DNA of 64,000 nucleotides from Candidatus Latescibacterota bacterium (GCA_965222605.1 OZ244960.1:1696001-1760000); one strand, 5' to 3'; shown: positions 20,999 through 31,231, counted from the first letter of the stretch. Translations and numbers: made by a program. The notes: generated by a model from the sequence alone, not told the origin.

Positions 20999-23900
20999 TT
21001 AAAATGAGTTCAGCGTCTCCGCTTCCATGAACACCGCGCACTTGATAAAATGCGTACCGAGATTTGGCGCGTCAAAATGCGCGATATAAACGCCGCTGGC
21101 GATCAGCACACCCTGATCTGTTTTTAGATCCCAGGTATCAAACGACAAACCGTTATTGTGCTCAATCGTTCGCACCAGATCGCCCGACAGACTGAAAATT
21201 CGGATCGTACATTGCGCGGGAAGATTGGTAAAACGCATCTGGCGTGCAAGCGAACTAAATTCATAAGATGAACGCCCCAGATACGGATTGGGCACCGCCA
21301 GAATTTTTGTCAAATCTTCTACGGCCAACTCTTGATCGCCCCGGATAGCACCCTGCGTACCAAATGAAAACACATCGTTGGGGCCATTGACGTGATTCGC
21401 CAAAATCAAAAACGAATCGCCATCCTGCGGGAACCGCGTTGCCCCACGGCGCCCAGCAAAAATGATATACATAATAGGTGGTGCCGGATTGCCATTAATC
21501 AAGCCCTGAGACAACTCCGCCACATTGGAATCATCGCCCGGCTCGGTATAATCCCGATCAAAAATGAACAACCACTCGCGCGGTCCACCGCCAGCCAGAT
21601 TGCTGACATCGTTGTAAAATGCCGGACCATACGCCCCATTGACCAGGCCACCGGGTTGGTTATTCTCCAGCCAACCAATTTCGAGACGGCGGTTATTTTC
21701 CATGTCCCAGGCCGAAAGCGCGATTGGATTGCGTTCCTGATACACATACACACCGGGGCCTGATGTATTGATGATATAATTGCTCCAATCATAAGGCACT
21801 TGTGTGGTCGTCTGATCTGCAGGTGCAGGAGGAGGAGCACCTGCGCCGCGCAAATACCGATACCCATAAGACACATTGGGATTGGTCAGGTCAATGGGTT
21901 TGTACTGATCTTCGCCTTCATCTTCAATCACACTGGTAAACCGCAATTCCACATTGACCAACCGCGAAGGCGACACGCTCGTCGGGCCAAACCACATATG
22001 GGCAATATCGCCCGTCATCGCACCGCGGAAACCTTCGGCACCCCAGATGTTATTTGCCCAGGTGTACCACCGCGCACCCGACGGAATATCCCAATCTTTG
22101 ATGCCTAATGGGGGACCGGTCACGCGCACGAGCAAACCCTCGGTAACAGGATTGGCAATCGCCGCATCCAGTGAGGCGTGCTGCTCCATATCTGAAAGCA
22201 CGGCCTGACCGCTCGACAGATTGATCAGATCCCATATCGTTCCCGCATCAGTATCGCGGAAGCGCACTTCGTAAGACGCCCCCGTGACCTGTGTATCGTC
22301 AACCACATCCACAGCCACGATACCATCGCTTGAACCCGATGTGTGCTCAACAACACTATCCACACCCACGGTATTGAATCGCGTACCCGCAGTGGGCCCG
22401 CGCGGCACAATGCCATTGGCCGGAATCAACTCATCCGAAAGAGGCTTAAACGTCATGCGCCCATCGGCCAGAGCCGAAATGGCTGTTTCGAGTGCTTTGG
22501 GCGACCTGCTCTCATTCAACGCATAGGCCGTCACCGCAAAATAATAGGTTTTACCCGTCACCAGCCTACCGCCCAAAACCTTATCTTCTTTAAGTTCGAT
22601 ATAGCGCCGAATGCCCGAATCACCGCCAAATTGCACGGGAGAGTTGACCACCACACCGGCACGTTCATCGAACTGATTGTCAAAAATGATGGCCGAGCCA
22701 TTGACCACGTCATAAGTCGCAAGACGTCTCCAGGGACCAGCGATCGACTCGCCCTGATACACGTTATAACCTTCAAATCCATAATCGCCTGATTGAACTT
22801 CTGAATCGTTGCCCCAGGTCAACTGAACTTTGCCATTGCCCATGTGATCGCCCGTCACAGCTACCGACACTTTGGGTGCGGGCGGAGGCGATGGCAATGC
22901 AAAATTGGCATCAAAGGCCGATTGTGCAAATGTATCGTTAAAACGCGCGGCTGTAATCGATGTGAGCCGATCTTGACCTTGACCCATAATAATGGCACCC
23001 ACCACTTCCTGCGTATCGCCGGGCGCGAAGGTGAACGGTCCCGCCGTGAGCATCAAACGGCGGTCAGCCGGGTTTTCGTCGTTCCAGCCCGTGCCCGCAA
23101 CCGGATCTCCATCGACCATAAAAGCCTTCACCTGACCCGTAATCGGGTCGGTGTGCAGGGCTACGCCGCCATCCGGGTCAACACCTTTCATATAGTTATA
23201 GGTCTCTCCTGCAGTGTGAGGGTCCGTGCCGTTGATGTATTTGTTAAACGACGTCATGGGCAATTCCACACCGTCATCGCCAATCGGACCTTTAAAAAAG
23301 TCATACCCTACGGCCGGCGGTGATGAACCATACTGCGCGTCTATGTTTGACCCGTTATAACAAAATCCAAAGCTCGTCTCCACATCGCAACCCACCAGGT
23401 CGTTATCGGCCTGCCCCAGATCGGGATCAGACCAAATCGACACATAAGTGCTATCGATGGTATTGCCACCCTTGTTGATGATCAAAAACTTGATGAACAC
23501 CACATTACCGAGCGGACCTGTGCGGTTGAACGCAAAAGTCGTCTGCTGTATTTCAAGACCCAAAGGCGCGGTCTGCATATTGGTGTGGGAACCCGGATCG
23601 GCATCATTATACACCGCCCACAGGGTCTGATCGCCCAGCACCATCGGCGTGCCATCGGGATTGACCGGCGCACCGTCTTCAACCGGCCACTGTGCGTAAT
23701 CCGGGTTTTCTAGGCCATCGCCCTTGTTGATCTTATAAACGCGATAGCGGTCGAGTTGAGGATCGGCAGGTGTACCGTCGGGCAAAATCGGCCCGGGCGC
23801 ATACTCAAACGAATACTCGGCAATCGCCACGCGAATCTCGCCATTGACCTTTCCGGCAATCCACGGACCGGCTGCAAACACCGAAGTTTTGCCCGTGCCC

Positions 23901-24139
23901 TTGGGAAATTCGAGGCCCGAAGCCCCAGTACCCAGATCCCAGGCAAATGAACCCTGGTTGGTCACAAACATCGCGATATTGTTCACATCGATCAGTTGAT
24001 CATTGCTAATTTTACCCAGCCGCGGCTGTTGCGAGGGCGATACAGCCAGCGCAATGCCAGCCATGCCCACGCTCATCAAAGCCAGCGTCATAATTGTGGC
24101 TGGAATCACGCCACAACATGTTTTCAAAAAGCTTTTCAT
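20999..24139 (-). CDS. Large secreted protein with an FN3-like region and T9SS type-A-like C-terminal sorting domain
   Basis: Signal peptide; PSPPPAP...FEGYNVY...YYFAVTAY; CTD VPNPY...FTNLP...IRIFSLSGDLVRTI...WDL...ASGVYI. Confidence 0.8.
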   Translation of the reverse strand: MKSFLKTCCGVIPATIMTLALMSVGMAGIALAVSPSQQPRLGKISNDQLIDVNNIAMFVTNQGSFAWDLGTGASGLEFPKGTGKTSVFAAGPWIAGKVNGEIRVAIAEYSFEYAPGPILPDGTPADPQLDRYRVYKINKGDGLENPDYAQWPVEDGAPVNPDGTPMVLGDQTLWAVYNDADPGSHTNMQTAPLGLEIQQTTFAFNRTGPLGNVVFIKFLIINKGGNTIDSTYVSIWSDPDLGQADNDLVGCDVETSFGFCYNGSNIDAQYGSSPPAVGYDFFKGPIGDDGVELPMTSFNKYINGTDPHTAGETYNYMKGVDPDGGVALHTDPITGQVKAFMVDGDPVAGTGWNDENPADRRLMLTAGPFTFAPGDTQEVVGAIIMGQGQDRLTSITAARFNDTFAQSAFDANFALPSPPPAPKVSVAVTGDHMGNGKVQLTWGNDSEVQSGDYGFEGYNVYQGESIAGPWRRLATYDVVNGSAIIFDNQFDERAGVVVNSPVQFGGDSGIRRYIELKEDKVLGGRLVTGKTYYFAVTAYALNESRSPKALETAISALADGRMTFKPLSDELIPANGIVPRGPTAGTRFNTVGVDSVVEHTSGSSDGIVAVDVVDDTQVTGASYEVRFRDTDAGTIWDLINLSSGQAVLSDMEQHASLDAAIANPVTEGLLVRVTGPPLGIKDWDIPSGARWYTWANNIWGAEGFRGAMTGDIAHMWFGPTSVSPSRLVNVELRFTSVIEDEGEDQYKPIDLTNPNVSYGYRYLRGAGAPPPAPADQTTTQVPYDWSNYIINTSGPGVYVYQERNPIALSAWDMENNRRLEIGWLENNQPGGLVNGAYGPAFYNDVSNLAGGGPREWLFIFDRDYTEPGDDSNVAELSQGLINGNPAPPIMYIIFAGRRGATRFPQDGDSFLILANHVNGPNDVFSFGTQGAIRGDQELAVEDLTKILAVPNPYLGRSSYEFSSLARQMRFTNLPAQCTIRIFSLSGDLVRTIEHNNGLSFDTWDLKTDQGVLIASGVYIAHFDAPNLGTHFIKCAVFMEAETLNSF

Positions 24140-24154
24140 GTTTTAATCTCCCAT

Positions 24155-27043
24155 TTAGAAGCTGAGCGCGAGTCCAAAGCGAACCTGCCGCGGCGTCTCA
24201 AAGTTGAACGGACTTTTCTCTTTGAGCTCGTATTTGTCTGCTCCCAGTTGTCCAAAGCGAGCCACAAATTCGCGACCTTCGTCTGTATTCAACCAGCCCG
24301 AAGTCGTTGGGCTACCTGTGCTCGAATACACGGGGTTGGTTGGGTTGGCGCGGTTGAACAAATTGAGCACCCACACGTATAGGTCGCCCTGAAGTCCCGC
24401 GATTTTGAAGCGCTTGTTGGCCTTCACATCGGTCCTGAACGACCAGGGACCATAGCTGGAATTTACAGGACCCGAAGGACGTGAAAACGACGCCAGCGTG
24501 GTCACTTCATTATACGTAAACGTGGGCGTATAGGGGAACCCACTCCCGGCGGTGAACAACACATTGATCCCGGCATTGGACAGCGGCCGACCACCCAGGA
24601 ACCTCGGGCCATCTTTATCTACAAAGCGATAGTCGATCGATGCCGAAATTTTGTGGCGTTGATCAAAGTCGAGTGGTGAGGTCGATTTGGGCGGCTCATT
24701 CACGCCGGGTTGGAATGTCCACGCGATCTGTCGCTGGGTTTGTGGCGTTGATCCCGTGCCTGTCGCATAAGCGAGAGAATAAGACAGACGTACAGTTGTG
24801 CGTTCTGTACGCCGCATCAACAAACCAAAGTCCAGACCCTTAATGGTTCCGTAGTCGTTGTTGCGGAACGTGGAAAAGGCCGTGGGATTAGACGGGATTG
24901 TCGCCACCTGAACGAGGTTTTCCACGGCTTTGTAATACGCCGTCACATCGACACTGGCATGGCCGCCCACCTGCTGCACCAGACCCACTTCATAAGCCGT
25001 GGTTTTTTCCGGCTTGAGATTCGGGTTGCCAAAGGCGTAATAATATCCCCCCAAAGGCACTTTGTATTCCAGATAATCCAGACCCACATACAGATCTTCC
25101 AGCTTGGGTTGCTGGTAGAAAATGCCGTAATTCATGTGAAACACGGTCTTATCTGTAACGGGAAACCCAACGCCCAGGCGCGGGCTGATCTTGTGATACA
25201 CGCTATTGCCAGCGAGATCCGACGGATCCAATGTCGAGTCGCCACCTAATGGCACGCCATCATTGGCAAGCACATCGGTACTCGCATTCAAATAATCGTA
25301 ACGAACGCCTGCATTGATGATCAACCCATCGTATTCCATCTTGTCCTGTACGTAAAACGAGGCCAAAATGGGTTCTTTTTGCGCGTCGCGGGTCGCATCC
25401 AAAGGCTCGACCATCTGATTATCCCAGTCGTACTGATACCCGTAGCGGTCCACATCCTGAAAACCACCCCTGTCGTCTGGGCTTATGAACGGTCCGCGAA
25501 AGGTCAAAATGGGGGTCAGATGACGATAATAACGCAATCGATGCATCTGCACGTCAAAACCGAGCTTAAACTGGTGATTGCGGCTGATCTGGCTGGTCAA
25601 ATCAAAGTCGATAGGCGTGAGATAAAATGAGCTACTTTGCGTAAAGCTGCTATACACGCGCCCTTCATCGCCTTCAAAATACGTTATAGAGCGGTCATTG
25701 ATGGTTTCCGTTGTGCTCGTAATCTCGGTGGAATCCACATCGCCGCGTGCAAACAAACTTTCCGCATCATAACGCGGATTGCCCTGGGGCCGGGAATAGT
25801 CGTGCAAATTGTCGAAATGAATCCCATCGCCCGCCTTGAAATTCTGGTCGAACATACTCGTTTGCAAAGTGAAGAAGGTCTTTGCACCGAGCGTATAAGT
25901 CACGCGGGCAAACGCCGAGTTGTTATTCCTTTTGACACGCGGCGCATGCCGCAAATTATAGCGATATGAGTGAATATAGCTCAAGCGATCTGTTTTTGAG
26001 CCTACAATGCCGGCTTTCAGACCGATTGCGTCAGACAACCGATACGAGAGCTTGGCCTGCCAGCCCCATCTGTTGAGCGTATAATGCGGCAATATGCCCT
26101 CGCTGAGCAGGTCGTAATCTTCCTGTGACAACAGGTCTTTTTCCCAATCGTGTACTTCCACCCCCCACTTCGGGCTGCGGTCGAGACGATCAATGCGTTC
26201 TCCGGAGACAAAAAACGAAGGCCCGTTCGTCCCGGGAATGAGTGGCCCCCCCAGTGTCGCATCGGTAGTGTTATACCCATAAGAAGGCGCACCGGCCCAA
26301 CTGCGGTCATTCATTTCATCTGTGATATATTCCACAGATCCCGAATAATTCTGCCCGCCTTCGCGCGTCACCACCTTGACAACGCCCGACATCACGCGAC
26401 CATACTCCGCTTCAAACCCACCCACAATCACGGATACCTGATCGATGGCACCATTGCTCAGAGTCGTGGTCGATGAGCCGAATTGCAAATCTTTCTGCGA
26501 TACCCCATCAACAATATAATCAACTTCTGAAAACCGTCCGCCGCGTACATAAATTACGCCGTTCCGAGTCGTCACACCCGCCTGCAAGGACGTGGCCGCT
26601 GCATATCCGCGCACAGGCATATACTCGAGTTCTTCGCTGGTTACGAGGCGCATTGAACTGGTATTGTCTTTCTGCACCAGCGGGCGCACCGCCACCACTT
26701 CAATAGCTTCGGCTTCCAGGGCTTGTGCTGTGAGCACAAAATCTACTTCAGTGGTCAAATCGGGCAACACCTTGATGCCCTTGAACACTACGTCTTGATA
26801 CCCGATAAAACTGCATTTTACGTCATACGTACCTGCCGGCACATTCAAAATCGCAAAATGGCCTTCGGGATCTGATGTCGCACCAAAGACGCTGGACAGG
26901 CCCAGAACCACCACATTGGCACCGGGCAATCCACCACTGCCGTCTTTGTCAACAATCTGACCCGCAATTTTACCCGTCACCCCGGCCATCGCGGATGCGG
27001 ATAAAAACGACATCGCAACAAGTGCGATTATCCATCTGGTCAT
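24155..27043 (-). CDS. TonB-dependent receptor
   Basis: GKIAGQIVD...LPGANV, plug VRGGR...YIVDGV, GGFEAEYG, GNPNLKPEKT, C-terminal PRQVRFGLALSF. Confidence 0.92.
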   Translation of the reverse strand: MTRWIIALVAMSFLSASAMAGVTGKIAGQIVDKDGSGGLPGANVVVLGLSSVFGATSDPEGHFAILNVPAGTYDVKCSFIGYQDVVFKGIKVLPDLTTEVDFVLTAQALEAEAIEVVAVRPLVQKDNTSSMRLVTSEELEYMPVRGYAAATSLQAGVTTRNGVIYVRGGRFSEVDYIVDGVSQKDLQFGSSTTTLSNGAIDQVSVIVGGFEAEYGRVMSGVVKVVTREGGQNYSGSVEYITDEMNDRSWAGAPSYGYNTTDATLGGPLIPGTNGPSFFVSGERIDRLDRSPKWGVEVHDWEKDLLSQEDYDLLSEGILPHYTLNRWGWQAKLSYRLSDAIGLKAGIVGSKTDRLSYIHSYRYNLRHAPRVKRNNNSAFARVTYTLGAKTFFTLQTSMFDQNFKAGDGIHFDNLHDYSRPQGNPRYDAESLFARGDVDSTEITSTTETINDRSITYFEGDEGRVYSSFTQSSSFYLTPIDFDLTSQISRNHQFKLGFDVQMHRLRYYRHLTPILTFRGPFISPDDRGGFQDVDRYGYQYDWDNQMVEPLDATRDAQKEPILASFYVQDKMEYDGLIINAGVRYDYLNASTDVLANDGVPLGGDSTLDPSDLAGNSVYHKISPRLGVGFPVTDKTVFHMNYGIFYQQPKLEDLYVGLDYLEYKVPLGGYYYAFGNPNLKPEKTTAYEVGLVQQVGGHASVDVTAYYKAVENLVQVATIPSNPTAFSTFRNNDYGTIKGLDFGLLMRRTERTTVRLSYSLAYATGTGSTPQTQRQIAWTFQPGVNEPPKSTSPLDFDQRHKISASIDYRFVDKDGPRFLGGRPLSNAGINVLFTAGSGFPYTPTFTYNEVTTLASFSRPSGPVNSSYGPWSFRTDVKANKRFKIAGLQGDLYVWVLNLFNRANPTNPVYSSTGSPTTSGWLNTDEGREFVARFGQLGADKYELKEKSPFNFETPRQVRFGLALSF

Positions 27044-27138
27044 GGTCAACTCCCTCCTGAAATAATTTTGAAAACCAGACTTATAGACGCTCACACGCCT
27101 CTCATTCATCATCCCCTCACGTAAACCGTTTGCAACTG

Positions 27139-27158
27139 TGTCGCTGCATCACCTCCTT
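27139..27158 (-). promoter_or_regulatory. Extended Shine-Dalgarno-like element in the TonB receptor leader
   Basis: AAGGAGGTGATGCAGCGACA versus the 16S 3'-end complement AAGGAGGTGATCCAGCCGCA (17/20). Confidence 0.4.
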
Positions 27159-27169
27159 GCACCAACAAA

Positions 27170-27772
27170 TCATTGCGAAAGCTCTTGCCGAACCTCGCTT
27201 GCGGGAAATTCGACTTTTGCATAAATCTCGCGCAAAGACAACTCGCAACCAATTGAAACGAAATTGAGCACATCGTCGTGCTTGCTAAACTCAGTCAGCA
27301 GCCACTGTGTCCCTTGTCGAAGATAGTGTTCGACGCGAACACAATTTTGTGCAACTAAAATGTATTCGCTCAGGGACTCGACTTGACGATATTGCGCAAA
27401 TTTCTCCCCGCGGTCATAAGCCTCTGTAGAAGAAGAGAGAACTTCTATAAGAACAGTCGGATTGAGGAGCGTGTCGAGTTCGGCATCCTCAAAGAGCGGT
27501 TCATCACAGACAACGACAACATCCGGGTAGGTGTATAGTTCTGTTGGACTAACCTTCACGCGCATATCGTTGATGTAGGTCTCACAAGTCCGCGCCTTCA
27601 ATTGGGAACGGAGCTCACCGAATATATTACCCGCGATGAGATTGTGCGCCCGACTGGCACCAGCCATCGCATAGATCTGACCCTTAAAGTATTCGCTTCT
27701 GCTCGTTGCCTCGCGTTCCAAAATGAGATACGCCTCTGGGGTCAGATAGGATTGTACAGCGACAGATGCCAT
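27170..27772 (-). CDS. Uma2 (DUF820) family endonuclease
   Basis: YTYPDVVVVC...PTVLIEVLSSSTEAYDRGEKF..Y...EYILV. Confidence 0.9.
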   Translation of the reverse strand: MASVAVQSYLTPEAYLILEREATSRSEYFKGQIYAMAGASRAHNLIAGNIFGELRSQLKARTCETYINDMRVKVSPTELYTYPDVVVVCDEPLFEDAELDTLLNPTVLIEVLSSSTEAYDRGEKFAQYRQVESLSEYILVAQNCVRVEHYLRQGTQWLLTEFSKHDDVLNFVSIGCELSLREIYAKVEFPASEVRQELSQ

Positions 27773-27801
27773 GATGGCCTCCATACTCGTTGTTCCAATT
27801 T

Positions 27802-30066
27802 TTACCTATAAGGAAAGGGCAGTGGCAGCGCGACCTTCGAACCAGAGGTACCACTCCCGTAATGATCGACAAAGATCAGAAAATCGGAAAAGTCAATCAT
27901 GCCATCGCCATTGAGATCCATCTGAGCATCGAAACCTACATCTCCTGAACCTGTGCCAAAAGCCACAACGAACAAAAGAAAATCGGAAAAGTCAATCATG
28001 CCATCGCCATTAAAATCGCCGGGATTGGTGTCATTGACGCGATTGGCCAGAATCAAAAACGAATCGCCATCCTGCGGAAACCGATCCGGTATGCGGCGCG
28101 CGGCAAAAATGATATACATAATGGGCGGTGCCGGTGCGTCGTTGATCAAGCCCTGTGACAACTCCGCCACATTGGAATCATCATCCGGCTCGGTATAATC
28201 CCGATCAAAAATGAACAGCCACTCGCGCGGTCCATTGGTATTCAGGTTGCTGACATCGTTGAAAAATGCCGGACCATACGCGCCGTTGACCAGGCCACCG
28301 GGCTGGTTATTTTCCAGCCAGCCAACTTCGAGGCGGCGATTATTTTCCACATCCCATGCCGAAAGCGCGATGGGATTGCGCTCCTGATACACATATTCAC
28401 CGGGGCCTTCTGTATTGATGATATAATGGCTCCAGTCATAAGGTGCTTTTGTAGTTGTCTGCTCTGCAGGTGCAGGAGCAGGAGCACTTGCGCTGCGCAA
28501 GTACCGGTATCCCCACGACACATTGGGATTGGTCAGGTCTATGGGTTTGTACTGATCCTCGCCTTCGTCTTCAATCACACTGGTAAATCGCAATTCCACA
28601 TTGACCAACCGCGCAGGCGACACACTCGTCGGGCCAAACCAATACTGGGCAATATCGCCCGTCATCGCACCGCGGAAGCCTTCGGCATCCCAGTTGGTAT
28701 TTGCCCAGGTATACCACCGCTCGCCCGATGGAATATCCCAATCTTTTATACCAAAAGTGGGGGGAGACGGAGGCGGAGGCGGAGGCGTGGGCGGAGGCGT
28801 GGGCGGAGGCGTGGGAAATACAACAAAATCGGCATCAAAAGCCGATTGTGCAAACGTATCGTTAACCCGCACAGCCGTAATCGACGTGAGACGATCTTGA
28901 CCTTGACCCATAATAATCCCCACCACCACTTCCTGCGTATCGCCGGGCGCAAAGGTAAACGGCCCCGCCGTAAGCATCAAACGGCGGTCAGCGGGGTTTT
29001 CATCGTTCCAGCCCGTACCCGCAACCGGATCACCATCCACCATAAATGCCTTCACCTGACCCGTAATCGGATCGGTGTGATCGGTCACGCCGCCATCTGG
29101 ATCAACGCCCTTCATATAGTTATAGACCTGTTCTGCGGTGTATGGATCGGTACCGTTGATATATTTGTTAAACGACGTCATCGGCAATTCCACACCGTCA
29201 TCGCCAATTGGACCCTTAAAAAAGTCATACCCCACGGCTGGCGGTGACGAACCATACTGCGAGTCTGTGTTCGATCCGTTATAACAAAACCCAAAGCTCG
29301 TCTCCACATCGCAACCCACCAGGTCGTTATCGGACTGCCCCAGATCGGGATCAGACCAAATCGACACATACGTGCTATCGATGGTATTGCCACCCTTGTT
29401 GATGATCAAAAATTTGATAAATACCACATTGCCAAGTGGATCTGTGCGGTCGAACCCAAATGTCGTCTGCTGTATTTCAACGCCCAAAGGCGCGGTCAGC
29501 ATCTCAGTGTGACTGCCGGGATCGGCATCGTTATACACCGCCCACAGGGTCTGGTCGCCCAGCACCATCGGCGTGCCATCGGGATTGACCGGCGCGCCGT
29601 CTTCAACCGGCCACTGCGCGTAATCCGGACTTTCCGGGCCATCGCCTTTGTTGATCTTATACACGCGATAGCGGTCGAGCTCTGGATCGGCAGGCGTGCC
29701 GTCGGGCAAAATTGGCCCGGGCGCAAATTCAAAAAAATACGCGGCAATCGCCACGCGGAGTTCGCCATTGACCTTCCCCGCAATCCACGGCCCCGCGGCA
29801 AAGACCGCGGTTTGCCCGTGCGTGCCCTTGGGAAATTCAAGGCCCGAAGCTCCGGTCGCCAGGTCCCAGGCAAATGATCCCTGATTGGTCACAAACATCG
29901 CGATATTGTTCACATCGAAGAGTTGATCAGTGCTAATTTTACCCAATCGCGGCTTTTGCGAGGGCGAAGCAGCCAGCGCAATACCGGCCATGCTCACGCT
30001 CATCGAAGCCAACGTCAGAATTGTGGATAGCATCACGCCACAACATATTTTGAAAAAACTTTTCAA
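27802..30066 (-). CDS. Paralog of the 20999-24139 protein with a Pro linker and C-terminal dockerin-like EF-hand pair
   Basis: TTG start aligned to the paralog's MKSF, GGAGAG RBS; near-identical N-terminal and middle domains; GDFNGDGMIDFSDF and MDLNGDGMIDFSDF. Confidence 0.85.
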   Translation of the reverse strand: MKSFFKICCGVMLSTILTLASMSVSMAGIALAASPSQKPRLGKISTDQLFDVNNIAMFVTNQGSFAWDLATGASGLEFPKGTHGQTAVFAAGPWIAGKVNGELRVAIAAYFFEFAPGPILPDGTPADPELDRYRVYKINKGDGPESPDYAQWPVEDGAPVNPDGTPMVLGDQTLWAVYNDADPGSHTEMLTAPLGVEIQQTTFGFDRTDPLGNVVFIKFLIINKGGNTIDSTYVSIWSDPDLGQSDNDLVGCDVETSFGFCYNGSNTDSQYGSSPPAVGYDFFKGPIGDDGVELPMTSFNKYINGTDPYTAEQVYNYMKGVDPDGGVTDHTDPITGQVKAFMVDGDPVAGTGWNDENPADRRLMLTAGPFTFAPGDTQEVVVGIIMGQGQDRLTSITAVRVNDTFAQSAFDADFVVFPTPPPTPPPTPPPPPPSPPTFGIKDWDIPSGERWYTWANTNWDAEGFRGAMTGDIAQYWFGPTSVSPARLVNVELRFTSVIEDEGEDQYKPIDLTNPNVSWGYRYLRSASAPAPAPAEQTTTKAPYDWSHYIINTEGPGEYVYQERNPIALSAWDVENNRRLEVGWLENNQPGGLVNGAYGPAFFNDVSNLNTNGPREWLFIFDRDYTEPDDDSNVAELSQGLINDAPAPPIMYIIFAARRIPDRFPQDGDSFLILANRVNDTNPGDFNGDGMIDFSDFLLFVVAFGTGSGDVGFDAQMDLNGDGMIDFSDFLIFVDHYGSGTSGSKVALPLPFPYR
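27878..28011. repeat. 35-bp perfect direct repeat encoding the two EF-hand loops
   Basis: AGAAAATCGGAAAAGTCAATCATGCCATCGCCATT at 27878-27912 and 27977-28011. Confidence 0.9.
28769..28815. repeat. GGAGGC / GGAGGCGTGGGC tandem repeat encoding a PTPPP linker
   Basis: Seen directly; encodes PTPPPTPPPTPPPPPP. Confidence 0.85.
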
Positions 30067-30103
30067 GGCCTGATCTCTCCATTCCGTCTTTATGCTTCTC
30101 ACT

Positions 30104-31195
30104 TCACACCGATGACAGCGATATGCCCTGGTGAATGGGTTTTCCCTGTGACCGGCGCACCTGAATGAGTTCGGACACAATACTCACGGCAATTTCTGCG
30201 GGTGTATCTGCGCCGATATCCAATCCAATCGGCGCGTGAACCGCATCCAATTTTTCTCGCGGAATGCCCTTAGCTTCAAACTCTTTCCACATCAGCGCGA
30301 TCTTGCGACGGCTGCCAATCATACCAATATACGCCGCAGAGGTATGAATAGCCTGCTCGATAACCGGCTTGTCGTGCTGGTGCCCGCGCGTCACCGCCAC
30401 CACATAAGACAAATCGTCAATGACCAGATGGTCAAAAACCGTCTCCATCTCCAGCGTCAGCGTTTCACTCGCCATGGGAAACCGCTCTTTATTGGCAAAC
30501 ATAGGTCGGTCGTCAATGACCACAATCCGAAACCCAACCGAATGCGCGACCTGTGCGATGGCAAAGGAGACATGCCCCCCGCCAAACAAGAACAACGTGG
30601 GTTCTGGACAAACAGATTCCAAAAAGACCACAACGGGTTCTGTGCCGATTTCTATGACTTTGAGCAAACTCTCCGGAATCGTCTCAAAAGCCGCCACCTC
30701 TTCGCGCACAAGAGTTTCGGCAAGGGCATGGCCCAGACTACCCACTGTTCTGCCATCGGGATGTATCAATAGCTTCGCGCCCACCTGAGCGCCACCCGAA
30801 ACCAGCGTTGCCAACACGGCCGAACCGCGCACTTTGAGAACCCGAGCTATATCGCCGAGCATGTCATCTGCGCGACCAGGCAGCAGCGGTTCGGTAAAAA
30901 TCTCGACATTGCCGCCGCAATTGAGGCCATTTTCGCCCGCGTGTTTTTCCGTCAAAATAAACTTCTGCAATGTCGGCGCTTCGGTTTCCATCACATGACG
31001 GGCTTCGGCCCACACATCGGCTTCCAAACACCCGCCGCCCACAGTACCTATAATCACGCCATCGGGACGCACGAGCATCTTGGCCTTTTTGCTCATCGGC
31101 AAAGACCCCTTGCTCGACACAATAGTCGATAAGGCGGCTTTTTCGCCCTGTGAAATTAGGGTCAACGCCTCTTGAAAAACATCTTGACCAGCCAT
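30104..31195 (-). CDS. XdhC/CoxF-family Moco-enzyme maturation protein
   Basis: GTVGGGCLE, CGG, LFGGGHV, VTRGHQHD, YIGMIGSRRK, APIGLDIGADTPAEIAVSI. Confidence 0.9.
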   Translation of the reverse strand: MAGQDVFQEALTLISQGEKAALSTIVSSKGSLPMSKKAKMLVRPDGVIIGTVGGGCLEADVWAEARHVMETEAPTLQKFILTEKHAGENGLNCGGNVEIFTEPLLPGRADDMLGDIARVLKVRGSAVLATLVSGGAQVGAKLLIHPDGRTVGSLGHALAETLVREEVAAFETIPESLLKVIEIGTEPVVVFLESVCPEPTLFLFGGGHVSFAIAQVAHSVGFRIVVIDDRPMFANKERFPMASETLTLEMETVFDHLVIDDLSYVVAVTRGHQHDKPVIEQAIHTSAAYIGMIGSRRKIALMWKEFEAKGIPREKLDAVHAPIGLDIGADTPAEIAVSIVSELIQVRRSQGKPIHQGISLSSV

Positions 31196-31231
31196 AACGT
31201 CACCTATTGAGAAAACGCGCACAAACGCAGC

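Noticed and set aside
27139-27158. 16S rRNA gene fragment
   Set aside because: Only 20 nt with three mismatches and non-rRNA flanks; kept as a regulatory candidate instead
20999-30066. Diversity-generating retroelement as an explanation for the duplicated blocks
   Set aside because: The blocks are 0.7-1.2 kb long, many differences are synonymous and not adenine-specific, and there is no reverse transcriptase in the window
30067-30180. N-terminal extension of the 792-aa ORF
   Set aside because: Overlaps xdhC; paralog alignment and RBS support the TTG start at 30066
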